A program made the position numbers and the translations under genes. Shown here one piece after another: positions 1 to 8,091 of a stretch of DNA of 64,000 nucleotides. The notes below the pieces were generated by a model that saw nothing but the letters and a program-made list of their open reading frames with translations, searched no databases and was not told the DNA's origin. The DNA comes from a bacterium. Its GTDB lineage: Bacteria > Patescibacteriota > CPR2 > UBA1875 > JAJYID01. Location of the stretch: assembly GCA_021790235.1 (NCBI GenBank), contig JAJYID010000003.1:20038-84037 (forward strand). The letters are read 5' to 3'. Numbering within the stretch: position 1 is the stretch's first letter; every line of letters starts with the position of its first letter.

Positions 1-328
1 TGTCGCTAAGTATTTTTTTATGAGGTCTTACCTTAAGCGCTTTTTTGTTTAATCTTCCGGTTTTTTGATTTTTCTTCAGAATGTGTCCATAGTATAGAGT
101 TTTATTAAAAAATATTCCGGCAAAGTTCAGGGCATAAACAGAATTACCTCCATGGTTTTCTCTAACGTCTATCAGTATTGAATCGTAATCTTCCTTATTC
201 TCTTCGCAAAAGTTTATTAACTTCTTATCAATCGGACCTAGCCATATTAACCAAGATGGGATTTTAATAATCAATATTCTATTTTCAATTTGAAAAGACG
301 GCATTTTTTCCGGCTTTACTCTTTCCAT
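1..328 (-). CDS. S41-family peptidase-like protein, N-terminal part only (gene runs off the left window edge)
   Basis: Own minus-strand translation from ATG 326-328: MERVKPEKMPSFQIENRILIIKIPSW..DYDSILIDVRENHGGNSVYALNFAGIFF.. The IDxRxNxGG block resembles the S41 (tail-specific/C-terminal processing protease) core. Not in the ORF track because it is edge-truncated. Confidence 0.45.
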   Translation of the reverse strand, partial: MERVKPEKMPSFQIENRILIIKIPSWLIWLGPIDKKLINFCEENKEDYDSILIDVRENHGGNSVYALNFAGIFFNKTLYYGHILKKNQKTGRLNKKALKVRPHKKILSD

Positions 329-389
329 AAATTTTAACAATGGTTTGTTTGTCTTTTTGATTTATATAAATATTGCTTTGGGTCTCTTC

Positions 390-463
390 TGGCTCGGAGA
401 GAGGGATTCGAACCCCCGTTGCCAGGGCCAGAACCTGGTGTCCTACCGCTAGACGATCTCCGA
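390..463 (-). tRNA. tRNA-Gln (anticodon CUG), CCA encoded
   Basis: Reverse complement reads TCGGAGA-TC-GTCT-AGCGGTA-GGAC-A-CCAGG-TTCTGGC-CCTGG-CAAC-GGGGG-TTCGAAT-CCCTC-TCTCCGA-G-CCA. This is a full cloverleaf of 74 nt with anticodon loop UU-CUG-GC. U1:A72 and G73 are typical of tRNA-Gln. Confidence 0.88.
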
Positions 464-926
464 TTATTTGAAAAATTAATATTACGGCCGCAGAACCGAT
501 ATTTATTATTTTAACATTTTTACCCTCGTTACTCAACACACTTGAGCGTAAATATTTTTATGATAGAACTACTTTTATGTTGCTTCTAATTCAATCATTA
601 GCATGTACCAAATCAACCTAAGGTAAGGGAGGACTTATGTAAAATATGATCTTTGGGTTTTACAAGGGAATATCGAAAAATCTAAAGGAAATTCCGGATT
701 GTCGATTCGTTTAGAGATTATTGAGGGATGAAAGAAGACATTATGGTTGATAAAAAAGTGAATGAGGGTACTGATATGTAAGATAAATTTAAATCACCGC
801 CGTCTATTGACTTGAGCGGCTTTAACTTTAGGAAAATGTGATTTGACCTTAAGGGTTTAATGTTGTATCTTGTTTATAAAGGTTCTTTCCATAACAAAGC
901 CATAATATCAGAGAAGGAGTGATTTT

Positions 927-1232
927 ATGGTAAAAATAAGTGTAGAACATGTTGAGGTTAGATTAAGAAGTGGTACCAATATACCTCAGAAGGTCAAAAT
1001 GAGGGCCGCGGGGAAAAATGTTGTTGAAACACCTCAGGTGATCAAAATGATTTTTCCTGCCAAAAGTGTAAGCTTAAAAGGAGGCAATGGCTCTGTAATG
1101 ATCAGGGCAAAAAATGGTACAAGAAAAGTGTTCTCACCTAATGAAGTGATTGGTGTAACAAGCCAGAAAGATGTTGACGAAGAGCTAAAAGCACTTGAGC
1201 AAGTTACACCTCTAATGTACACGTATATTTGA
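927..1232 (+). CDS. hypothetical small protein (101 aa)
   Basis: ORF preceded by GAAGGAG 8 nt upstream of ATG and followed by an 11-bp hairpin. No recognisable motif. Confidence 0.55.
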   Translation: MVKISVEHVEVRLRSGTNIPQKVKMRAAGKNVVETPQVIKMIFPAKSVSLKGGNGSVMIRAKNGTRKVFSPNEVIGVTSQKDVDEELKALEQVTPLMYTYI

Positions 1233-1241
1233 AAGAACCTG

Positions 1242-1271
1242 ATATGGGGTAACCATTAGCTTACCCCATAT
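1242..1271. terminator. 11-bp perfect hairpin between convergent genes (atatggggtaa-8nt-ttaccccatat)
   Basis: Inverted repeat read directly. It overlaps the stop codon of dus and lies 10 nt after the stop of the 927..1232 ORF. U-tracts are weak. Confidence 0.45.
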
Positions 1272-2211
1272 TTGCTAAGATTTCTTTTACTTCCACAACA
1301 GTTTCAGACAGAACTAATTTTTTGCGCAGTTCTGATGCACCATCGAATCCTTTGAAGTACCAGCCGTAATGTTTTCGCATATCAAGAATACCTTTTTTCG
1401 GACCAAACTCTTCTATACTCATTTCGAGATGTGAAAGCGCCAAGTCTCTTACTTCCTCAAAGTTAGGTTTGTATTCCTTATTTAACTTAAGAGAACGAAA
1501 GATCCAGGGGTTCCCAAGGGTGCCACGAGCGGCCATTACACCATCGCAGCCGGTTTCTTTAATCATTTTTTTCGCATCTTTCACAGAGTAGATTCCCCCA
1601 TTTCCGATAACAGGAATTTTAATAGCCTTCTTAACTTCCTTGATTGCATCTAAATCCGGTTCTCCTTTAAACCCTTGTTTCTTTGTCCTACCATGAATAG
1701 TTAAGGCGTCAGCCCCAACTCGCTCAAACTTTTTGGCAAGAGGCTGAATATCAAACTTATCCCATCCTGTCCGTGTCTTGACTGATAATGGCAATTTTGT
1801 GAAATCGCGCACAGCTCTGACTATTTTGATAGCCCTCTCGGGCTCAAGCAGTAACGCCGATCCTCTCCCACCGGCAACAACCTTTTTTGCCGGACAGCCT
1901 ATATTTATATCGATGCCATCAGGTTGAACCTCATTTTCTATATATTCGGCCGCCGCAGCCATCTTCTCTGCATCATTACCGAATATTTGGATAATTATCG
2001 GTCTTTCTTCTTCATGAAAATTCATCATAGCCAGAGTTTTCTTTGACTTATAACAGACAGCTTCCGCCGCAATCATTTCCGAGAATACTACGTCTGCCCC
2101 GCATTTTTTGACCACGCGCCGAAAAGGAGATGAGGTAATTCCATCCATCGGCGCCATACAAAAAAATGGTTTATTTAGTTGATCCCATGAGAACATTCTA
2201 TTTTTTGTCAT
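1261..2211 (-). CDS. dus: tRNA-dihydrouridine synthase (Dus family, TIM barrel, FMN)
   Basis: FCMAPMDGITSSPFRRV..VVFSEMI..DINIGCPAKKV..HGRT are Dus motifs. The track ORF extends to a TTG at 2265, but that extension translates a hairpin element. ATG at 2211 (MTKNRMF) is preferred. Confidence 0.88.
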   Translation of the reverse strand: MTKNRMFSWDQLNKPFFCMAPMDGITSSPFRRVVKKCGADVVFSEMIAAEAVCYKSKKTLAMMNFHEEERPIIIQIFGNDAEKMAAAAEYIENEVQPDGIDINIGCPAKKVVAGGRGSALLLEPERAIKIVRAVRDFTKLPLSVKTRTGWDKFDIQPLAKKFERVGADALTIHGRTKKQGFKGEPDLDAIKEVKKAIKIPVIGNGGIYSVKDAKKMIKETGCDGVMAARGTLGNPWIFRSLKLNKEYKPNFEEVRDLALSHLEMSIEEFGPKKGILDMRKHYGWYFKGFDGASELRKKLVLSETVVEVKEILANMG

Positions 2212-2221
2212 TCTCCCTTTG

Positions 2222-2283
2222 TTGTCATTCCGAATGAGATGAAGAATCTTTGAGATTCTTCGCAATCACTCAGGAATGTCAAT
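2222..2283 (-). repeat. imperfect hairpin element (TTGTCATTCC..GAAGAATCT / AGATTCTTC..GGAATGTCAA) in the cysS-dus spacer
   Basis: Arms read directly: a 9-bp GAAGAATCT/AGATTCTTC core and 6-bp CATTCC/GGAATG outer pairing. Related ends occur at 20714-20740 and 61915-61958. Confidence 0.5.
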
Positions 2284-3704
2284 TATTTTTTTCTTATTTG
2301 AGATCCTTGAGCGGTGTCTTCGACTTGATATCCAAGTGTTTCAATCTCTTCGCGGATTTTGTCAGCATGTCCCCAATCTTTTTCCTCTCTGGCATCCTCC
2401 CTCTCGTCGACCAGTTTTTGAATATTTTCAGGAATGATTTCTTCTTCTACCTTATTTAAACTCAGCCCCAAAACATTATCAATATTTAGGATCCCATTCC
2501 TTATCTTTTCTGCTTGCTCTTTGTTTAACCCCCTGAGTTCTCTATTAAAGATACCAACCCAGCCAAAGAAATGAGATAAAGATAGTGGAGTATTAAAGTC
2601 ATCATCCATGGATTCTTTAAATTGCTGGATTAAGTCTTTTGTCCATCTATCAACCTTGAGTTTATTTGTTTTATTTTTATTAATCTTGTTTAGAGAGAGG
2701 AGAAGGTTTTTAATTTCAGTAAGATTCTTTTTTGAATCCTCGAATACCTTTTTGTCAAATTCAACCGGAGAGCGGTAATGAGACTTTAGTATAGCAAGTC
2801 TAACAACCATTGGATCATATTCTTTTAGTAAATCACGGATGGTAGTGAAGTTTCCTTTTGATTTGCTCATCTTGACACCCCTTATTTTCACCATATTCCA
2901 GTGCAACCAATACTTTGAAAACTTTTTACCGGTTAATGCCTCAGATTGTGCTATCTCTGATTCATTATGTGGAAAGATATTTTCATTCCCGCCGGCATGG
3001 ATATCTATAGTGTCACCAAGATATTTCTTCACCATCACGGAACATTCAATATGCCAGCCCGGGTAACCTATGCTCCATGGGCTTTCGTATTTTAAAATGT
3101 GTCCCGATTCTGCCTTAATCCATAGTGCAAAGTCTAACGGGTTCTTTTTTTCTTGCCTAACCTTAACTCTTGCTCCGGTTTTAAGTTCATTAATTTTCTG
3201 GCCCGATAGTTTACCATATTTTTCAAACTTGCTTACATCAAAATAGACCGAACCGTTCGATACATATGCAAATTCTTTCTTGATTAAACCCTGCACAAAC
3301 TCAATAATTTCCTTGATTTCCTGTGTTGGCCTCGGCGCAATATCAGCATCTTTGACATTAAGCGTATGGAAATCTTTATAATAAGCTTTTATATAATTTT
3401 CAACCAAGGCCATCGGATCAACATGTTTCTCTTTTGCCCTTTTTTCTATCTTATCTTCACCGGCTTCATTTTCATCGTCGGTTAGATGCCCCACGTCAGT
3501 AAAATTTTGTACATATTTGACTTTATATCCAGACCACTCTAAGTAACGTCGGATGACATCCATAGATACATAGCCCTTGGCATGACCTAAATGAGAATAA
3601 TCATAAATAGTTGGTCCGCAAGTGTACCACTTAATCTCTTTATCTTTAAGTGGTTTAAACTCTTCTTTTTTTCTTGTTAATGTATTATATAGTTTTAGAC
3701 TCAT
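2283..3704 (-). CDS. cysS: cysteinyl-tRNA synthetase
   Basis: Class I motifs HLGHA and KMSKSKGN. N-terminus MSLKLYNTLTRKKEEF..YTCGPTIYD is typical of CysRS. Confidence 0.95.
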   Translation of the reverse strand: MSLKLYNTLTRKKEEFKPLKDKEIKWYTCGPTIYDYSHLGHAKGYVSMDVIRRYLEWSGYKVKYVQNFTDVGHLTDDENEAGEDKIEKRAKEKHVDPMALVENYIKAYYKDFHTLNVKDADIAPRPTQEIKEIIEFVQGLIKKEFAYVSNGSVYFDVSKFEKYGKLSGQKINELKTGARVKVRQEKKNPLDFALWIKAESGHILKYESPWSIGYPGWHIECSVMVKKYLGDTIDIHAGGNENIFPHNESEIAQSEALTGKKFSKYWLHWNMVKIRGVKMSKSKGNFTTIRDLLKEYDPMVVRLAILKSHYRSPVEFDKKVFEDSKKNLTEIKNLLLSLNKINKNKTNKLKVDRWTKDLIQQFKESMDDDFNTPLSLSHFFGWVGIFNRELRGLNKEQAEKIRNGILNIDNVLGLSLNKVEEEIIPENIQKLVDEREDAREEKDWGHADKIREEIETLGYQVEDTAQGSQIRKK

Positions 3705-3739
3705 TTCTCAGTTTTTAGATTCCTATTAAGCAAAAAGGA

Positions 3740-4648
3740 CTATTTCAAATATCCTCCCGACTGAATCTCAAATAGTTTATGGTAGATACCACCCTTTTTG
3801 GCGACTAACTCTTCATGAGTGCCCACTTCATTTATTTTACCTTTATCAAGAACAACTATCAAATCAGCTTTCATAATGGTTGATAAACGGTGCGCTATAA
3901 TAATAGATGTCCTCCTTTTAATTAATTTCCAGAGGGCGTCTTGGATCAGCTTCTCACTCTCGGAATCAAGATGTGAGGTAGCTTCATCTAACACCAAAAT
4001 CGGGGGGTTTTTAAGAATAGCCCTTGCGATATTGATTCTTTGTTGTTCGCCGCCGGATAATTTTACCCCTTTCTCGCCGACTATAGTATCGTACCCCTCA
4101 GGCAATTTAGATATAAATTCGTGGGCATGCGCTATTTTTGCAGCACGCAGAACATCCTCCCTTTTTGCTTTGGGATTTGAATAAGCAATATTATTAAACG
4201 CAGTATCATTAAAAATTGCCGTATCTTGCAAGACTACACCGATATTTTGACGAAGCGACTTCTGAGTAATGTTTCTGATATCATGGCCGTCAATTGAAAT
4301 CGAGCCCTCCTGCGGATCGTAAAAACGAAGCAGAAGCTTTACTAAGGTTGATTTGCCTACGCCGCTTTTGCCGACAATGGCAACGGTTTCTCCTTTTTTG
4401 ACTTTCAAGTCTAAACCCTCCAGAACACCTCTGTTTTTATATTTGAAATTAAGCCCCTTAATTTCCAGATTACCCGCAACATTTTCAAACTCAGCAGCCT
4501 TTGGACTATCCTGAACAGTTGGCTTCTTGTCTAAAATTTCGAAAATTCGCTTGGTGCTTCTCAGATTTCTTTGCGTGTTATCATATATCCTTGAGAGTCT
4601 CCAGAGCGGATTATAGATGCCATTGACGTACGTCCATACCAAAAACAA
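3740..4648 (-). CDS. ABC exporter, C-terminal ATP-binding half (fragment of a frameshifted fused TMD-NBD gene)
   Basis: Walker A GKSGVGKST, signature LSGGEQQR, Walker B ILVLDEATS. The ORF begins inside the last TM/linker region (LFLVWTYVNGIYNPLWRLS). Confidence 0.85.
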   Translation of the reverse strand: MFLVWTYVNGIYNPLWRLSRIYDNTQRNLRSTKRIFEILDKKPTVQDSPKAAEFENVAGNLEIKGLNFKYKNRGVLEGLDLKVKKGETVAIVGKSGVGKSTLVKLLLRFYDPQEGSISIDGHDIRNITQKSLRQNIGVVLQDTAIFNDTAFNNIAYSNPKAKREDVLRAAKIAHAHEFISKLPEGYDTIVGEKGVKLSGGEQQRINIARAILKNPPILVLDEATSHLDSESEKLIQDALWKLIKRRTSIIIAHRLSTIMKADLIVVLDKGKINEVGTHEELVAKKGGIYHKLFEIQSGGYLK

Positions 4649-5489
4649 CGTTCCGAAGGTAATTTTCCGTTGCTACCCAATAAACGCCTATAATAATTGA
4701 GAATACTCTTGTGCCGTTAGTAATCGAAAGCCTGGCAGAGTCCATTTTGGTATACATACCCATTCTTTTCATTGTTGTTTGAAGTGACTTCTTTAAGCTG
4801 TTTGATAACTCGTTTAGATGTCTTTTTTCTGTGGCAAATGACTTAACTGTTTTGATGTTTGATAATGCTTCGACTCTGATTGAACCTGCTTTTTCCTCAT
4901 AATCTCGCACCTTGTCTTGGAGAGTGTTTAAGGGTTTTGTAAACTTAATACTTATAAATGTGAAAATTGGCACACCAATAGCAATCATCAATCCGAAAGT
5001 TACATTGACGGTGAAAAGAACTATAGTAGCGAAAATCATATAAATAATCTGGGGGACGAGTACTTTGATGATATCTTCCATGATACTTTGCATCGTATCT
5101 ATGCCGTTTGACAATTTTTCTACAATCTTGCCGGTAGAACTTTGCTCATAAAAAGATAAGTCCAGTGTCTCGAGGTGACCAAAAATTTTACAAATAACGG
5201 TATTTCTCGTTTGATACCACCACTTTGTTTCAAAGTAGTCTTCCCACAACTGGAAAAGAACCGAGAAAATTACGATCAATAGGTAGAGAATAAGCGGCGT
5301 GGCATATACCCTTAAATCGAAAGTAAAGTTATTATTGCGAATCTGTTTTTCAAGAAGATCAAAGATGTCCTTGATGACAATAGGAAATAAGGCATTTAGC
5401 AGAACTAACGCTGTTTCAGCCAAGAAAACACCGATGGTAAGCCATTTCCTTAACCAAGCAAATCCTAGGATTCTAAACAAATCTTTCAT
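4611..5489 (-). CDS. ABC exporter, N-terminal transmembrane half (fragment of the same frameshifted gene)
   Basis: Type-I exporter TMD (about 5-6 TM helices). It ends ..YWVATENYLRNVVFGMDVRQWHL*, whereas a one-base frame change within ACGGAAAATTACC (rc of 4658-4670) gives ..YWVAT(G)KITFGTLFLVWTYVNG, continuous with the NBD ORF. Confidence 0.85.
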   Translation of the reverse strand: MKDLFRILGFAWLRKWLTIGVFLAETALVLLNALFPIVIKDIFDLLEKQIRNNNFTFDLRVYATPLILYLLIVIFSVLFQLWEDYFETKWWYQTRNTVICKIFGHLETLDLSFYEQSSTGKIVEKLSNGIDTMQSIMEDIIKVLVPQIIYMIFATIVLFTVNVTFGLMIAIGVPIFTFISIKFTKPLNTLQDKVRDYEEKAGSIRVEALSNIKTVKSFATEKRHLNELSNSLKKSLQTTMKRMGMYTKMDSARLSITNGTRVFSIIIGVYWVATENYLRNVVFGMDVRQWHL

Positions 5490-5563
5490 TGGGCAAAGTT
5501 AAAAAATAAAACGCTTATATTTTAGCTTTTCTAAGCCGAAAATAAAAGGATATTATGATCAAG

Positions 5564-6163
5564 TCAATAATCCAGACGGCCCTCTATAGCCCTAGAAAGG
5601 GTCACTTCGTCAGCATATTCGAGATCTCCACCAACTGGCAAACCTCTAGCGATTCTAGTGATTTTGATATCTAAAGGCACTACCAATTTTTGGATGTACA
5701 GCGCTGTAGCTTCACCCTCAATACTTGGGTTTGTGGCTAATATAATTTCTTCAATATTGCCCGCCTTTAATCTATTGATAAGTTCACGTATATATAAATC
5801 ATCCGGTCCGATTCCATCAATCGGAGAAATAACGCCTCCAAGGACATGGTATAAACCCTGGAATTTTCCTGTTTTTTCTACTGCCACAACATCGAGAGGC
5901 TCTTCTACCACACATATGATGGATTTTTCTCGTCTAATATCATCACAAATGTGGCACGGATCTTTCTCAGCGATATTTGAGCATATCGAACATGTCTCTA
6001 AACCCTTCTTTAAATCTAAAACGGCACTTCCAAGGGAGTTTAGATCTCTGTCTGAACTTCTCAAAAGATAGAAAGTAAGTCTTTCAGCGGTTTTCGGACC
6101 AATACCCGGAAGACTTGCAAACTCATCTATTAAGTTTTGGACATTTTGAGGGATAACTTGCAT
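5564..6163 (-). CDS. recR: recombination protein RecR
   Basis: HhH (LPGIGPKTAERL), C4 zinc finger (CSICSN..CHICDD) and Toprim block (ICVVEEPLDV..). Confidence 0.95.
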   Translation of the reverse strand: MQVIPQNVQNLIDEFASLPGIGPKTAERLTFYLLRSSDRDLNSLGSAVLDLKKGLETCSICSNIAEKDPCHICDDIRREKSIICVVEEPLDVVAVEKTGKFQGLYHVLGGVISPIDGIGPDDLYIRELINRLKAGNIEEIILATNPSIEGEATALYIQKLVVPLDIKITRIARGLPVGGDLEYADEVTLSRAIEGRLDY

Positions 6164-6181
6164 TTTTTATCAAACCTGATT

Positions 6182-6472
6182 CTAAAATGGCATTCCGCCA
6201 CCACCCATCACATCTTTCATCATATTTTGAGCGATCTTTTGAGCTTTTTCAGTAGCGCTATCTACAGCATTCTTAATATCATTTTCAAGTTTTTGAACAT
6301 CATTGATAGTTTCTGAACTAATTTTAACAGACTGGATTTTCATTTCACCATTCATTTGTACCTTCACGTCTCCGCTTTCACCATCAACTATCTCGGCTCT
6401 TAATTTTTTTTGTATTTCTCTAGCCTTTTTGACGAATTCATATTGTTCTTTAGCTTTACCAAACATTGCCAT
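6182..6472 (-). CDS. ybaB: YbaB/EbfC family nucleoid-associated protein
   Basis: MFGKAKEQYEFVKKAREIQKKL..VKVQMNGEMKIQSVKIS is the YbaB pattern. It sits directly upstream of recR. AAGGGGA lies 8 nt before the ATG at 6472. Confidence 0.85.
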   Translation of the reverse strand: MAMFGKAKEQYEFVKKAREIQKKLRAEIVDGESGDVKVQMNGEMKIQSVKISSETINDVQKLENDIKNAVDSATEKAQKIAQNMMKDVMGGGGMPF

Positions 6473-6547
6473 AATATTTATCCCCTTTATTAACAAAAAT
6501 ATAATAACATTTCTACAGTATAATGAAAAGAGACTGTTTGGTTTAGA

Positions 6548-8074
6548 CTATTGATAGAGAACTGCTTTTAGCCCGTCACTATTATTTTCTTGATAGATAA
6601 TCGTACTTTTTTTATTAACCAAACAATTTGTAAAATACGGTTTATCACCAGTTTTCCCAACAATAAATATTCTATGGTCAGTGCTAAGAGCTAATTCCTC
6701 GTTTTGTGACACAATATAATCGCCTTGCTGGTCATAAAAAAGTGAGCTTTCGCCATAGCCGTCGACAGGATTTGAGATTAATCTGATATTTTTATCCCCA
6801 AAATAATATGATCCATCCAGAAATGTATAGAGTTCACCTGAAAGAACAATATCGCCGGGCTTCATTTGTTTTTTAACTGCTTCCGATAAAGCTTTCATTT
6901 GGTGATTTGTTGTGGTATGCATTTCGATGTTCCCAGCAATGAGCACAACAATGGCTATGGCTCCCACTGCCATTCTAAGTTTTTTATTTTTTATAGCAGC
7001 AATACCGATACCCCAAAGTGCCAGGATGGCCACAGCAGAAAATGGAAAATATCTATCTTGATAAACAGGAGTTTTTACTTTTGAAAGAATGAAAACAAGA
7101 ACCATCGGCAGATATCCATAAAGTAGAAAAACTCCGACTGCTTTTCTATAGTCTTTTTTCATCAGTAGAATAAAACCACTGCCAATTAAAACCAGAATCA
7201 AGATCCAATACAAAATTCCCAGTAAAATTTGGTTAGACACCGGTCCGTCTAAATGCATATAAATTAAAAATTCTGTAATGCTGTTGGGGATTGTTTTGAT
7301 TGTGATCCACTCTGGACGAATCCAGTAGCTGGCGCTCACTCTTGTGACTTGTTTATATGCTACCGGTGCCCAAGGCAGAAAAAGTATTATTGGCGCCAGT
7401 CCGGCTGCAAGCCACCTTAGGTTAAATATTCCAAGACGTTTTTTAAAAGATTTACTCCACTTGAAGCGAAAAAATCCGGGTGTCATTACGGCAACTGCCA
7501 GCCAGTGAACTATTACAATAAAAAAAGCATAATATTGAGTATAAACAGCTGCCGTCATGGCTAATGCATAATAAATGAGAGACTTTTTATCTTTATCTTT
7601 AAAATACCGAACTAAGAAATATGTGCCGAGTGTAGTCAGAAAAGCAACCATACCATACATTCTTGATTCCTGGGCAAAGCGTATCATAAAAGGCGACAAC
7701 GCTACAAGCATACTTGCCCAAAAGGCAGTTCTATCGTTAAAGAGTTTTTCTACAATTTTATACGCAAAGTAAATAATGCCGATGGAAAAAACAGCAGATA
7801 GAGAACGAATACCAAGTTCAGATCGTCCGAATATAAGCGTCCACCCTTTGGCCAGAAGATAATAAAGGGGCGGATGTACATCTCTCGCCGTTCTTGCAAT
7901 TATTTGAAGTGGATTGTAGCGAATGAGCCATAAGGTATAGCCCTCGTCATGCCAGATACTTGACGCCGTAATTTTATAAAAGGCTGCTATAGCACCAAAA
8001 AGCATTGGATAAATCCAAAGCTTATCGGTAGGGATACCAAACATCTTTTTAAATTTTGAACTTTGATTTGTCAT
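6548..8074 (-). CDS. GT-C fold membrane glycosyltransferase (family 39/83, ArnT/PMT-like), paralog 1
   Basis: Polytopic membrane protein. N-terminal loop HDEGYTLW..RDVHPPLYYLL is typical of the ArnT/PMT-like family. Confidence 0.75.
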   Translation of the reverse strand: MTNQSSKFKKMFGIPTDKLWIYPMLFGAIAAFYKITASSIWHDEGYTLWLIRYNPLQIIARTARDVHPPLYYLLAKGWTLIFGRSELGIRSLSAVFSIGIIYFAYKIVEKLFNDRTAFWASMLVALSPFMIRFAQESRMYGMVAFLTTLGTYFLVRYFKDKDKKSLIYYALAMTAAVYTQYYAFFIVIVHWLAVAVMTPGFFRFKWSKSFKKRLGIFNLRWLAAGLAPIILFLPWAPVAYKQVTRVSASYWIRPEWITIKTIPNSITEFLIYMHLDGPVSNQILLGILYWILILVLIGSGFILLMKKDYRKAVGVFLLYGYLPMVLVFILSKVKTPVYQDRYFPFSAVAILALWGIGIAAIKNKKLRMAVGAIAIVVLIAGNIEMHTTTNHQMKALSEAVKKQMKPGDIVLSGELYTFLDGSYYFGDKNIRLISNPVDGYGESSLFYDQQGDYIVSQNEELALSTDHRIFIVGKTGDKPYFTNCLVNKKSTIIYQENNSDGLKAVLYQ

Positions 8075-8091
8075 TTTGGATTTAACTTAAA

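Noticed and set aside
285-539. 84-aa minus-strand ORF from the track
   Set aside because: It runs straight through the tRNA-Gln gene (390-463) on the same strand, and there is a better-supported S41-like frame to the left. Treated as spurious.
540-926. 390-nt gap after tRNA-Gln: possible ncRNA, a start-stop mini-ORF (GGGAGG-4nt-ATGTAA at about 630-640) and 17-22 codon ORFs
   Set aside because: No RNase P, tmRNA or 6S signature and no convincing extended pairing. The mini-ORFs are too short to support from sequence alone.
2212-2265. N-terminal 18-codon extension of the dus ORF (TTG start)
   Set aside because: It is the in-frame translation of the intergenic hairpin element. The conserved Dus sequence begins after the ATG at 2211.
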